A stretch of DNA of 59,221 nt, filler included, from Sphacelaria rigidula (lineage: Eukaryota), in the NCBI GenBank assembly GCA_964200075.2. It is 4 parts of 4 records of this genome, joined end to end, with 100 filler letters (N's around TTAATTAATTAA, not from the genome) between each part and the next. Parts side by side here need not be neighbours in the genome. Positions count along the whole stretch, not along the records: positions 29,672 to 44,399 come from CAXNAA020002074.1; positions 44,500 to 59,221 come from CAXNAA020002075.1; 2 more parts are not named here. One strand, 5' to 3'. A model generated the notes under the pieces. It did no database searches, was not told where the DNA came from, and saw only the letters and a program-made list of their open reading frames with translations. Shown here one piece after another: positions 35,243 through 49,200 of this stretch. Both the position numbers and the translations under genes were made by a program. Numbering within the stretch: the stretch's first letter is position 1; every line of letters begins with the position of its first letter.

Positions 35243-38200
35243 GTCGCACTTTCACTGACCCCCAGGGATCCAGCCGTGGTCACATTGTTATTATATTCGT
35301 CACATTAGCCCGATCTCTCGAACCCGTGGTTACAGAGTGGAAGGAACATACCACATACCACCCATACCCATAAATCAAACAGCCTACAGAGAAAGGCAAG
35401 GAACAAAACATCCACACGAAAAGGGGCACCTACACTTCGTACAAGTGTTTACAGAGTAGAAACAGCGAGTAAGCCGATAATCGAAACTGTCGCGTAGAAC
35501 GAAGACCAATCCCGAAAGAAATCTACGGTCTGGAGTGCTGTTCAAAGAAATCCCCTACAGATCCTGCGCGCCTGAGACTAAACGTCAGATGTGAAGATCC
35601 AAAAAAGAGAAGACGAACAAAAATTGGAAGACTCGATGGCAACAAGGAGGGAAAGCCAGGAACTACGATCTCCCTCGGGTTCTGGTCAAGTAGCATCGTC
35701 GCATCGTCATGGAAACACGACACACACACGGCATAGCGCTATCAGTAAAAAACATAATCTGTTCAGAGTGTCCTATATTCAACCATGAAAACATGCGATA
35801 CCATCTGTTTGTAGTATCCACAACAAGCAACTATATCAAAAACCCAACAGAAAAAAGTATTCCGCCCGCAACGAAATTAGCCGCCTGCTCTGCTCTTTTC
35901 CGCTGCAAGGTCCTCATCGAAGTTGACTTCCTGACGCTTCCTTCTGTCCTCACCAGCGCCCATGGCCAACCCAACCGCCCATCCTCGCCGGTGTCCATTA
36001 TCCCGAACAGTACCCCTCTGCTTTCTTTCGTGATGGAACACTTCCTTCTTCGTCATGCACTCTGGTTCTAGTCTGTAGTGTCTCGTCCAGGAGAGACTCG
36101 AACAGATGTAACCCGTCCGTCGGCGGCCGCTCCTCCTCCATCCTTGTCGCCGAAACCAGTCTACGCACCGGCTCACGCTCCTTTGTATCAAAGGTGTGCG
36201 TGCCAGCTTTCGACACCGGTCTCATCTGCCTCCGCGCACACTCTGAATCCCAACATGCCCGCTCTCAGAATGTTGACACATTACATTGCTTGTAACGAAA
36301 CATATGCCCGCACGCAGGGTGTTGACATATGATGCTGCATTACAACAGGCGTGGGTGTGCCTGATGAGCAACGTGCTGGCCCAACTCTACCACCACACCA
36401 CACACGGCCTTGGCCAAGGGTGGTATGATGGTGAAAAGGAATCACTCCTTGAAGGTGATTCCTGCCCTACACCCGCCGAAAAGACCCTCCCCACGCCGTA
36501 CCGACAAGACCGGTCATGGCCTTTGTTGGAGGACGGGGAACGGAGTTGAAAACATGTTGAACGTACCCAAGACACAAAAAAACTGAAACACTCGCTAAAT
36601 ATTGAAGAAAACATACAATGAGCACTGCTGACGGCGCCGACCATCCCCGGTGCAGGTTAACGACTTCCTGAGCGTCCTGGATGGTCTAGAGACAGCAGCT
36701 GGCATGCCTGATCTGTATGCGTCCAGCAACTTGGAGAGCGCATTGTTGCGCAAGTGTGTACTCCCTGTGTCTGATGGGGGGCAATTCCCGGACATGACAT
36801 CGGCGATCTCGTTCTTTCGAAACGCCTTTGACGCTGCGCCAGCAAAGAGGGACGGGGTGATAAAGCCCAAGCCCGGTGTTGACCCTCTTTTTGATGAGGC
36901 TAAGGTGAGCAATACCACCGACAAGGTGACGTCCCCTACCAGTGCAGTATAGCCTGTCGTGGCCTGACACATGCTTTGCTCTGGGTTGAAATCATGTGTT
37001 GTCAATAATCTCGAGGAAAGCTTGTGCTGTCGTTGCCGATCATTTGACGTTGTCACCGCTGTTATCGGGTATCACAAGCATGGCTTCGAGCTGTTTTCAA
37101 CAAATTTAATTTCACGACTGACAAGTCCTGGACCAGCAATTGATAATTGCTAGCCCGTATCTGCACTTGCGAAACACCATAGGAAAGACTGAAGGATATC
37201 GAGTCTGAGCTAAAGGGGCACCTGCAAGAGCAGCGACGAAGCCTTCGCTGTTCGGAAATAACCTTCTGGGGTAGCGCAAAAGACAAGTATCAGCTCGAAG
37301 TACCAGAAAAACATCTCTCAAAACATGGACAGGTGAGGTTGGGCAACATTGACGGGAGACACGTTTTCTCGTGGCATATTATCGATCTCTTTTGACGTGA
37401 TCCTTGCACCTTGCCGACGACCTTGTGACAACGTGAAACCAGTGCCAAGTTTGTATCATGGTGAGAGTTGTGGCATTCACCGGTTACATTTGTGCATCTT
37501 TGTGAGGTGTGCGTCGCTTGGCTTGCGCACGCCTCTCAACTATGGCTATCGCCGTGACACCCGTGCGTCCTGTGTCGGTGAATGCGCTGATGACAGACTT
37601 AACAAATACACTCCTTGATTTTTCGGAGTCTCCACTTTAATCGTGTGTCCTATCCAATCACAGCCACCTGAGTACGAGCTCAAGAGCAAGAAAAAAGGTT
37701 GGAAACGGTTTTGGACGCCCTTTATCAAGGAAAAGCTTCAAGAGCTAGCTGATGCCGAGCACCAGCTCAGCGAGGCCCAGCGAGACCAGGTGTGGTGAGG
37801 AGATACCGAGTTCTGGCGATAAATGTAAAGTGATCAATGGGCATGCAGTCCTACGCGACAAACACAACTACCATATTTTCCAGCACGTTTCATTCTTCCA
37901 GTGTTATATTTCCCCCGCGCCGACTACCCCCACCTTATTTCGCAGATGCGCCGATTGTTCGCCAAGTTCGATGACCACAGAAACCTGTGGGCGAGTGCAG
38001 TGCGTTGCCTGGCACACGTGGATGCCCTCCTGTCCTTAGCTGAAGTTTCGTCGCAGCCGGGGTTTACTAGACCCACTTTTCACGCGGGAGCAGCCACAGC
38101 GTCTTTCATCCGTCTCAAAAACGCACGGCACCCGTGTCTCGCGCAAACATACCAAGGCGGCGAGTACATTCCCAACGACGCTGCCCTCGGTGTAGCACCA

Positions 38201-41200
38201 GAAGGAACGACAGACGATACGCCCACCGCACCAAACATGCTGCTCCTCACTGGACCGAACATGGGCGGCAAGTCCACGCTTTTGCGGCAAACTTGCCTTG
38301 TCGCCATCCTAGCCCAGGTGGGGACAACAAGGGTGTTTCAAATCTCCGTCGACCAGTTTTCTTTGAGGTTTCGTGAGGAAGACAACGAAGGTTTCGTGAG
38401 GAAGACAACAGTAAGATGCACATGATGTTTGATCCCTCTGTTTGACCGTAATTTTCTCTCACCCTTAACCTCTGTGGTACAGGTGGGATGCTTTGTCCCT
38501 GCCGACGAAGCGCACATGACTCCGTTCGACAGGATTTTCACCAGGGTTGGGGCATCAGACCGCATTCTGGCCGGCCAGTCGACGTTTTTCGTGGAGCTTA
38601 GTGAGACAGCTAATATTCTCCACCACGCGACAGGCAGGAGCCTCGTTATTCTTGACGAATTGGGTGAGCACGGTCGTATGACCGGATGGCAAGGCTTGAG
38701 ATGTTGTACAGTGCAGTAGCCTATCTCAGCCCGAGGCATTCCTTCGTGATGTCAGGGATGATCATGTGCCCAATCCATGTGTCACTTTCCAGGCAGCATG
38801 ATGCCGCTTCAAGAGTACGGTGGGCGCTGGATGTTTGGGGTGAACGCTGATTCAACGACTTCTTCACTCTCGTTTTGTTTCCTCCTGCAACTTGCGAATG
38901 TAACGCAGGTCGGGGTACCTCGACGTTCGATGGGACAGCCATCGCGCACGCAGTCGCCCACTTTTTGGTGAAGAGTGCCAAATGCTTGGCGATGTTCGCA
39001 ACGCACTACCACTCCTTGGTCGAAGATTGGAGGCACCACAGTGAGGTGAACACACGAAATGTGACACTGAGTTTCCATTCATGATCATTCAAGTAAAGTC
39101 CCGCGTGCTGCAATTGGCGATGCACCAGGTACCCTGTGATGGTCGATAAATGAGGGGCGCACTTGAACGCATCATTGGCTGAAAGGGAGCTTGGGATACT
39201 GTGCTGACATGTTTTATCAGAAAGGATACGTCGAATAACGTGGCACTTATGTCAGTTCTACTGAAGACGCACGACTCTGGCGCACTGTTTAGGAAGAATA
39301 TGCGCAACGTCTGGATTCCTGCTGTCGACAACGTTGCAGAATGCGCAATGATGTGGTTCATCCACCGTACAGTTGAAGCTCGGTGGAGAATTCCGTGATA
39401 CTTTTTTTTTGTCTTTGAGCCATCTCCTCGGTGAAGCAGGACGAGGATGCATGCTGGGAAAACACGGCTCTATCCTCGAAACAAGATATGAATAATTCTG
39501 GGCCTCAGGCTGTCTTAACACCGTTTCGACGCGGTGCTTGTTTTTTGTCCGATTATTCTCGTAAGATGCTCAATCCTCCACATCTGATGAGGACGAAAGA
39601 CCAAGCGGGCAGCGACCAGACCTTAGCAGGTCCATTTGATTCATTTTCTTGAAAAGCGTGCCCAGTATCTGATGGTATTGGTACCGGATGTTGAACGACG
39701 TCGCAGTGTTCCTTCGGGTTTTTTTTTATGAGAGAGTTGGGTGTCGAGACTAAGCGCACCTCGTGTCTGGTGATGTTGAAACTTGGGAGTATATCTTGGT
39801 TGATGCCACAGGTGGGTGTGGAAGCCGCAGGTTCCGTGGCACAAGGCGCTCAGGGCGCTGTGGGTTGAAACGGCAGTCATCAACATTTTGCCCCCCTTTT
39901 TTTCCCAATACCCATTGTTTAATGACGAGTATTGAGGGTACGATATCAAATCGGCGCGGAGGCAGCAATAGATCCTGTGAGATGTGCCATAAAACTCAGC
40001 CCGCTCACGGATCACGTCTCGAATCAATTTAGCTACCAAGCACCCTTGAGGCTCAGTTATATATCTGAGGAAACTGGGCTGGACGCTCCCGCCCCAACTC
40101 GCGCGACAGCTCGGCGTCAAGTTCCTTTGGCGCGAACTGTGGGTTATGTTCAGGATCCCGGCGAAACTACCTGGCGAGGGGGCAATGTTCCCTTACAGAC
40201 AGTACCAGTACTGGTGATATGAAACATGACTACTTAACTTGAATTGTAACACTACAGTCGTTATGACACTAACGGATCAAAAGCCTCCATATCATTGAAA
40301 AGGAACAACGCTGCATGGTGTTGAGAGCAGTCCATGTCTCTGAGGATGAGGAAGACTTGACTGCGTGTGAAATTTATGTGCATTTTATATTGATCATTTT
40401 GTCATGTGCAAACGGGATATCCGATCTCCACCCGGCTTTGCTTTCAAGGCCCCGCCGCTGGCAAACGCACATACGACACACCAAGATCGAAAACACGAAG
40501 TAGCCCCGGGAAGAGAAGGGGAACTCTGCTAGCGCAACGCCCGAGTGACGCAGCAATATCGGAATCCGCCACTCCCGAGTATCCCTTGAAGAAAAGTGCA
40601 AGAGGGCGTTCCTTCCGCACTACGCGCGTTCGCGGTAGTATTGGCAGTGGGATGCTTCGCTCAGGGGCGCTACTGTCGCACATGACGTACCCTAGTGGTC
40701 AATTCTACGCCGTAAAATTCCGAGATTGCCCTGGTCTGTTCTCCGTATGTACAAGCGGAGGAAAGGAAACTGCTGGAATATCTTTTCACCATCATCCTCC
40801 TTGCATCGACAACTCTTCACCCATAGTGACCCTGTAAGCAAACGTCAAACTCCCGGTAGCGTAATGGCACGTAAGTGACACGGGCGTGGAGTCTCCTTCG
40901 AAGACCAGTGTTTTGTTTGACAAGTGTGATGCCACAATCTTGAGCTTGGGGCCCATTGGAAACTTCCTTTCAAGCCTGCTCACAAGTATACGTATGCACG
41001 AGTGCATGTGTACTCATACTTGGCCGAACGGGGGTTATACGTTTGACCAGATTATGATGACGTTGACTAGACTATATTTTTGACCACAACGAATGAGAGA
41101 CGTGGCTCTATGCTGGTTCGGTACTGCCAGTACTGTACAACACTGAACTTCACTGAATTATACTGTACTACAGTAAGGTGTACTATGTGTTGTGCTGACT

Positions 41201-43242
41201 GCAGGGCAAGGTGCTCACAGGAAGCAGCGCACGTTATCGGACTGACAAGTACGATACGGACGGCCTGAGGTGTTGACAAGTACTATAATCCGCTGTAGTC
41301 AAAATTGCGCAGGCGTAGTTGTTTTGGTCCCATCGACCGCTACAAATTGCGTAGAAACGTACTCGCGTACGTTGGCGCACACCCTGTGCTGTCTGTAGCG
41401 AGGAATCTTGAAATCTTGCCTCGAAGTCGCCATTCACATGATGGGTTCCGGAGCTTGTCATGGGCGTTCATCCTCGGTCGGAGACGGTCGGAGATGGTCG
41501 GAGACGGTCGGAGACGCGGGAGCATAACCATCGAAGAAAATGAGTATCAGTGATGTCATTGTCTTCTTGTGATCCACAAACACCTCTGCACCGTGCGTCA
41601 GGTCTGCATCTTAATGGTCACGATCTTGGCATTCGTAATGCACACACGTATGTAAAGTTTCAAACCATGATCCGTCACAGCCACGAAGGGCGCTGGAGAG
41701 GAAGTGGTAAATGATCATAACATGACAGTTTTGTTGCTCAACCTACGTGCTGCATTTGATCCAACTCGCTGCTTCCTGGTGAACCAGCACCTGGCCTGGC
41801 AAACCTGGTTACATCAGGGCTAGGTTGTTGGTATCGTTTTCACCATAATTTTCGCACCTGGCGCTTGGCGTTCTCCGAATATGAAGCGGCTAGATTTTTA
41901 TCGTCAAGCCTTCACGTTTGGGTGACGCCGAATATTTCGGAGCGCAGCGCAATACTCCGCGAAGCTGCCCTTGGCGCACGCTGTGGCGCTCCCAAGCATG
42001 GGACAATCATCAGGGACCTTGCTAGTGACGGCCCGGGCTATGTCATGGAGTAAAAAGCACCGCGGGTTGGCGGTATCTAACTCCTTAGACGGTGTGTGCC
42101 CCGGCAGCGGTGTTTGAGATATTGGGGTCAAGCACGGTGGTGATGGTCGTCGTTTGCAGACATGAGCACTTTCGAAGCGAAAGCAAAAACAATCCAGTAG
42201 GTACCTACTTGCCTGCAGTGCTGCTACGAGTGTACGCTACCGCACCGTCTGAAGGAGTGAGTGCATAGCTGGTGATTGAGTTGGGTGTATCTGCGCATAC
42301 AACTTACGGAAAGCAAGCATGCTCTAGTCTATGCATGGAGCTCTCTACAGTCGGTATTTTTACTCATGTGTGCTGCTTCAACATCCCGAGAGAGCCGGTC
42401 GATCACGCCCTAGCCTGTCCACTGCCCCCCCCGTGTCACAGAGAGGTTGCGCGAAAGATGTATACCACAGTTCTGAACGCCGTACGCGGGCAGGTAGCAT
42501 AACCCTGTCCTTTATTTTGCTGGCGAAGGCAAGCGAACGACGAGATCAGCACCATTTGTAATGAGATATCTAACAGCAACAGTAGATGTAAATAATAATG
42601 AGCCTCAGGCGATTACCTTCTCGATAATTACGGCCCTGAAGCACGTGTGTTCAACCTCAATTTCCCGGGATGATCCTTACTTGGACAAGCTTCTACTGAT
42701 CTTGCAACTGAAGTCATACTAGCTGTCCGCGCCGCTCGTGATTCGCCTTGTCTTGCGACGTAGGTGGCTTTGGGCCATATGTCGTGCCTGGTTGACGACA
42801 GCGAAGGGGAGCAAAGGGTTACATTTCTGTACAAGCTTGCTCCTGGCCCTTGTCCGAAGAGCTTTGGGATAAACGTAGCCCGCTTGGCGCAACTTCCAAG
42901 TGCGGTGAGTGACAAGTTATGTTCTCTTCACTGCATCATTTGGCGGTGCTGCTAGCGGCAGGTCAGGGCAGAAGGCTAGAGGTCAGTGTAGGTTCACCCT
43001 GAATTGACCTACCGCCTCCGCTTGTTGTCGTCGTTTTTTGCTAGGTCATCTCTGCGGCCAAATTGAAATCACAGGAGTTCGAGCAAGCCTTGTCTCAGCA
43101 GCATACAGCCGTGGTGGGCGACGAGAAAGGTCGTCTCGCACTTGCCATGCTTGCATTGCTGGGGGGTGGGGAGGACGAAGCTGAAGCAGCACGGGCTGGC
43201 GAGCAACTCCGCGGCATCTGGGACGAAGCCCACAGGATATAG
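30318..43242 (+). CDS. MSH6: DNA mismatch repair protein MSH6 (MutS-alpha subunit) with PIP box and Tudor domain, 16 exons
   Basis: Exons 30318-30743, 31056-31220, 31519-32085, 32290-32460, 32632-32820, 33151-33357, 33600-34249, 34555-34762, 36656-36904, 37183-37332, 37664-37789, 37946-38317, 38483-38663, 38909-39045, 42764-42904, 43045-43242, all GT-AG. Motifs: [77 protein letters not shown]. Confidence 0.97.
35196..36350 (-). mobile_element. 5'-truncated, decayed RTE-like LINE in MSH6 intron 8, ending in a (CAT)n tail
   Basis: Remnant [15 protein letters not shown] resembles the RTE C-terminal FAG.VARM.EERLP pattern; 3' motif shared with 15255-15305; (GAT)n at 35196-35240. Confidence 0.6.
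41475..41515. repeat. 10-bp tandem repeat x4 (cggtcggaga)
   Basis: Seen directly in the sequence. Confidence 0.9.
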
Positions 43243-44399
43243 TTCTGATTTCGTCCATCCTCGCCCCCGCTGTGACGAGTTTTGTCACCGACTTACAGTC
43301 GGTCGTCCGTCACAGTATGTAATATCATATATTATACGATGTTTATTGTTGACCTTTCGGCAAAAATGGACCTGGCAACTATTCCGCTTGCGATGGAAGC
43401 CTCTTTACAGCAGGAGAATCTACAAACTTGAATTTCATCAGGAGCAAGAATGATATGTTCTGCTCGAGAACCGTCGTGTAGCTTACACTGCTGCAGCTTT
43501 CGCTGCAAAATATTTATCTCGTTTTCACGTCCTGTATCGGTCGCTCAGTAGAGCGAGATCATCATTGCAGTCTAAATAAACTCAAGGAAGTGTCCATGGT
43601 ACGCATCATGGAAATAACGCACCTTGGCTCTTGGCTTTCCATCACGCGGTGAGCAATGCGCTCAACCAACTGCAGTTTGTAAAAAGCAACCGCACGTCCC
43701 CCCGCAGGTATTGAGGAACGACGACAGCGTTTTTGCAAGCGCATGTAACACTGGCGGGAGCACAGAAAGTCTCCTCCATAAAAATACGCGTTTTCCCATC
43801 TCCAAACCGTTTCGTGCTCATTGTTTTGCTATTGGCTCAAGAGTTGTGGATTATTTGGCCTGTAGAAAGGACGTGAAACTAACACGAACAAAACTGCGAG
43901 ACAAGAAAAAAAGCACGCCCTTGCAGTTGGGAAACTAAAGAGCCAACCCGAGACTACTGTAGTGAATATTGACCCGCCCTTGCGGAAGGTCACTCTTCCT
44001 CCCCCCCTCCCCCCCCCCCCCCCCCTTTTACTTCATCCATACAATCCGCACCCTGGTGGCTCCCTCCCTTGAGCAATAGGGTGGTGGGTGGGAAAAATCG
44101 ATCAAGTGCCAGGGACCACTGTACTACTGAGACTGCTGGCGTGTCGCTGACTGGTCAACTGGTCTCGATTGATACTGTCTGCTTCTTTGGTGCTCTTGCA
44201 CCAGACCAGTCTCGCCCGCTTGAACCAACTCTGTGGCGTTTGCGCCTTGGACACGCGATCCCTCATATCTTATTTCAACTTCGGCATACGCCAGAGTACA
44301 TCCCTTATAACTCGTCATCCGCCAACACAAACCTCGTATTCATACTGAATACACCCATTTGCTTTTGGCTCAAGAATTATGGATTATTTGGGATGTAGA

Positions 44400-44499
44400 N
44401 NNNNNNNNNNNNNNNNNNNNNNNNNNNNNNNNNNNNNNNNNNNTTAATTAATTAANNNNNNNNNNNNNNNNNNNNNNNNNNNNNNNNNNNNNNNNNNNN
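44400..44499. other. Scaffold gap placeholder
   Basis: N44-TTAATTAATTAA-N44. Confidence 0.98.
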
Positions 44500-46247
44500 A
44501 TCTCCGGTCGCCCAGAATGAGGTTTTCGGGAAATTGGGGGGGTGAACACCGTTTTCCAGTCTGTAGGGCCCCTTGCACCAGTCGGTATTGCGACCCTTTC
44601 TGGATCATGACCATCTGTAGTGTGCCGATCCGCATACAGTCTGTAGAGCTGCGCAGTCCGTGACGCAAGGCCCTACGCGCGCTGTAGACGCTGGAAGGTG
44701 CTGTAACTTTGGTTACAGATAAAAAGAACCACAGTCAACAGTTCCACGTCGCTATATCTGGTGCTGTGCGCTACAGCAGTGCGCACTAGAGGGAAAAGGG
44801 GTCAGATTCTGTTCCGATTTTTTTTTCTTTTCTTTTAGCGCAACACTGTTGTCCCGGACCTTGGAAACAACACGCCTGGACAGGAGGAAAGCGTGATGGA
44901 CGGGCAGGAATCATCCAAACGACCCCGACATGATCTGCACATAGATGAATAGAATGCTGTTTTCGAATGAGCCCCGGCTATCAAAAGAGGAAGATAGAAG
45001 GTACTGTACCCCGCTGCAAACCTGCAAACATTTACTACTGTAATGCTCCGCAATCTGTGATTGAGGCAATAAAAGTATCTCTACTTGGAAAACGACACCG
45101 CAACACAGAGTGCAGCAGCTGTTGTGGCACTTCACCTATCGAACTGGTTGGAAAGGTGCATCGCTACCATGACCGCCAGCACGTAGGCCGCCTTTCTGTT
45201 AGCCTTCAAGTATCCCACAAGACGTAAGGCCTTTTGGCTAGGGTCGGCGACAGCAGCTCCTTCTCCCATCGTGTTCTCTTCGTCATCTCCCGTTCCTGCG
45301 ACCATGTTTTGGATGCTACGAGACGAGAGAGTGGGTACACCTGATTCGAGATGGGTGATCTGCGTATGTGCTTTTCTCGGTTATACTCCGATCCGCTGTC
45401 AAAAAAATATAGATTACGTAACACGACGACCAATGGATGAAGTGGTGAAACAAGAACAAGCACATCATCTTGGTCAGATACCACAGGTGAAGATATAGAC
45501 ATGAACGCATATATATCAATGTCGAGAAGACGAGAGTGGTGAATGCAGGGCGACACCTAAACGAAGAGTTCAAACAAAAACACGACCGCTACTATTCGGA
45601 ATAATAGTTTTGGAAGATAACCTGGGTTTTGGGCGATCAGCGCGATTACCGAAGCAGCTCCACATAATGTGGTGTACTGTGTGATGGGTGCTCTTGGACG
45701 TGATCCATCAACAACGCGGCCGAAAGCTTAATTGCTTGCATGGTAGTAGAAAACAGACCACTCGCCTAATTTCCGAACAGATCGTTCTTGCGAATAGTAC
45801 GGTACCGGCCTGGGGTATCCTTCAACATGGCGGGATCTCAAATTGCGCCGCCCGCGCCTCCTTGCTCCAGACGCGGGCGATCACGGGCGGCTACTCTCAT
45901 CCAGGTGTGTAATATTTTGGTTGCCATGTGTATGTAGTGTTTCCACGGGCCAGATCGTTTTGCCCATGCCGCTGCATGTATTTTCTGCCTACTTCTACTG
46001 CTGTGCTCGTATGGTGGAATAGAAGTCTACACCTGAAACCAGCACTCCGTACCTGTCCTGGAGGGTCGATGGTTGATGATGTGATCGACCTCAAAACACC
46101 ACTAAAGGCCATGGAGAGTAACGCCAACGCCAACAGCGCAAATGCCTTCGCTCCCCAGGCAGGGTAGGTGAAATCTCGAATGTTAGAGAGCATTGGCACA
46201 TGCGTCATGTCGCTCACCAGGCGTTGCCAGGCGAGGGTAGCGGCCAT
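44500..46247 (-). CDS. 5' part of a gene for an N-terminally membrane-anchored protein (possibly alpha/beta-hydrolase-like); truncated by the gap
   Basis: Exon 1 46247-46053 (65 codons, hydrophobic AFALLALALLSMAFSGVL, ends DPPGQ, donor CAG|GTACGG). Candidate phase-0 exon 2 from 44648 (LYRLYADRH..) is open to the gap. Confidence 0.45.
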
Positions 46248-49200
46248 GTACCACCTATATATTTTTCAATCTTTAAATTTTCGAAATTGATACCAGCTAG
46301 TATATATATACCCTACAGTAGTCAGTAGTACTCGTACTGGACTCGAAAATGCGGTACGAGCTGGACCAGCCTAGGAGCGGATCTGTAGGCTGCAAGCCCG
46401 TTCTCACCTCAATTTGAGAGAGTTGGACTATCCAATTTGGTGTGGAGAATCAACAGGGCATACAAAAAACCCCACCTTTGGCACGCTAAGATGTTTTCTT
46501 CATGGGTCAAGGCCAAAAAACAAGATCCAGTTTTCTCTACATGCTGGTTCACGCTTATCACCCAAATTGTGTCATCAGCAAATGCCTTTCGCAATACCTA
46601 CCCAACAGTCGCATACATGATATCATACTTACCATGTACGGCTGAAGAGCATGACATTTTTGTGTAAGGCCATAGTGGTAGCGCTAAGAGCGAAAAGGTA
46701 TATCGACCAATCAGCGCCCGTCAAATTGTTCCGAGATCGAAATTACGAATTTCAAGTCCAATTTTCACCCAACCCCCCCTTGCTTCAAATCGCAGTAACC
46801 GTCATCGACTGGGCAATCTAACGAAGAACAACATATTTTTAAACGGTTACTACGGGGGTCGAATTATCACCAAAACTGTGATGCAGTGTTATTCCTTTCC
46901 ATATTATGGAGGCGGTGTTTTGGCAGCTTAGCCGTGGAGAGAATCCGCACCTCGCGTCAGATGACGCTGAAACTTGGGGAGTGTGTAGATTGGTATCAGA
47001 GGAAGGTGTCACAGTCATAGCTGCAGCAAGAGAAGTCGCTGATGGCCGCTTCTGCATCGAAACTGTGGATATCCACGGTGCGTCGGACATTTTTTTTCAA
47101 CACACTGTTGTCTGATGACGATTATAGTGGGTATAGGTGACAGTTGAGCACGCTAACTGCAACGGATCCTGCTGGCCTCATCATCGATCTTCGCCCAGTT
47201 ATGGATGAACGCTCGAAGAAACCCAGCAAACTAGCATCGTTTATGGTCCGCTATACATATGAGGGTTGGGAGGTGAACGTTTCCGCTCCAAAACGGTCGA
47301 CAGTCGAAGGTTCAGCTCCTGTCGCGCGACCAGTGGGTTGCGCGGCGGGCCCTTGACGGCGTACCTGGTACTGGGGGCGACATCCCGGTACCGACAGTGC
47401 CACTACCACCGGGACGGCCGTGCAAACAGGCTAGCAGCCGGAGTGGGCGTTGCACTGGTATTCTTTTAGCGTTATCAACTTAAATTTTCTCCGCATACGC
47501 TTTGCACGTGAATATTTCGATGATTGCCTCACTGCCACTTCGGCCATGTGCTGTGGATTATTTCACAATCTCACCGTCTAATATATGTGGAAACATATCA
47601 CAATACACCCTGCATAGGAGCTTTCTACAGTCATTATACAATTTAAAAGAATGTACTGTGCACAATATGAAAGCTTTTACCTACTGCAACATGGGAACTA
47701 GTCGAAGTGCGAACGGCGCGCACCATCACTTCAAGACAAATTGGAAATCCCCACGATATGAAATGTTACAGCCGGCTTGCGCGCCATATCGGCTGTGTTA
47801 CCATAGAGCACCGCGAAAGATATAGGCAGGCATTATAGCGGCCGAGGCGGCCTTTTACTCATGCGTGCGCCACGTAAGGCAAATGCACGCTCAGCTGCAA
47901 GACCGACCGCTGTACAAGATGTGGCGGAGCGAGGGGTGGTACACCACGTACCACCCCTGGGTACATACAGACAGCAAGCAGTATCATACAAATGTACTCT
48001 ATACAAGTGTGATGTGAAATCCGTGCGCGCGGGGTGGGCCGGCATGTAGAGAATCCTGCACGACTTCGTCGTGTACTACCGGGACGGGACCTCGTTTCAG
48101 TAGCAATCGCTTGCGATGTGTGCTGTGACGGGTCTAGTGCGTGATGGTGCTTTTCCCACCTCCGCACACCGCCCGTGAAGCGAGCTCTTGATGCTGGAAG
48201 TGCCCACCCCTCTTCCCGTGATGATCTCCATTCTTTGTCTCAGACAATTGAAACTGCGGAATATGACAGGAGCTACTAAAAGGTACACATTCTCCCACAC
48301 ACACCGCCTCCATAATATGGGAAAGGAATAACTCGGGATGATTTGGTGATGTCGGGTGTTGACGTCGTCTAATTTCCACTAATGATGCGCACGAAAGACC
48401 CGGGGAGCTTTGTGACGGTGTCCCCTATATCTGTTCTAGAAAAGCTCAGATCGCCCGCAAACTTGGTATTTCCGTAGGTATTCATGCTCAAAATGGAAAA
48501 ATTGTATTCTTGACAATATTTCAAGGTTTCTGCGTTCTCTACCGGCTTCCGGGTGTCCCAGTATGAAGACCCCCGAAAAGCGGTACATGATGCCCCAAAA
48601 GAAAAATAATGAAATGATGCATCCCGGAGGTAGTTCAAGGAACACATGTGCAAAGTTTAGTGGAAAAACTCGCAAACCTCATACAGTTTTTTTTGCCTTG
48701 ACGTGAAATTCACCAATGAAGACGATTTCATATTATAACCAAGTAGTTAGGAGTTGCACGTTTCAAGCCCACGTCCTCCACAAACGCGCAAACCTTCACG
48801 CCGTTATTAGGTATTAGACCCTGAAACTTTGCACAAGTATGCCATGTGTCATTACGCAACTTTCTATGGACGAGGTTTTTTACTTCTGATTTTTTCACCG
48901 TTTTTCGGGGGGCCGACGGGATCCTGGTCGTTTTTCGCAGTAGTGTCCACTCCGGGACCCCGAAAAACCGGCACTGCGATATATTTTTTATTTTTCGCGC
49001 ACAATTTTTCGCCGCATAATCGAAGGAAGGGCCCCACGAAATTTCGTCGCAAAACTCGATCAAATTATGCCTGAATTTTCATGTTCACGTCAAAGAAGGC
49101 TCGAAACCGGCGTTTTCGTACAAAAATCGAGTAGTTTGCGGTTTTACCACGGTACGCCAAGGCTTATCGCATAAAAGCGAAAAATCTCACGCCGTTTCAA

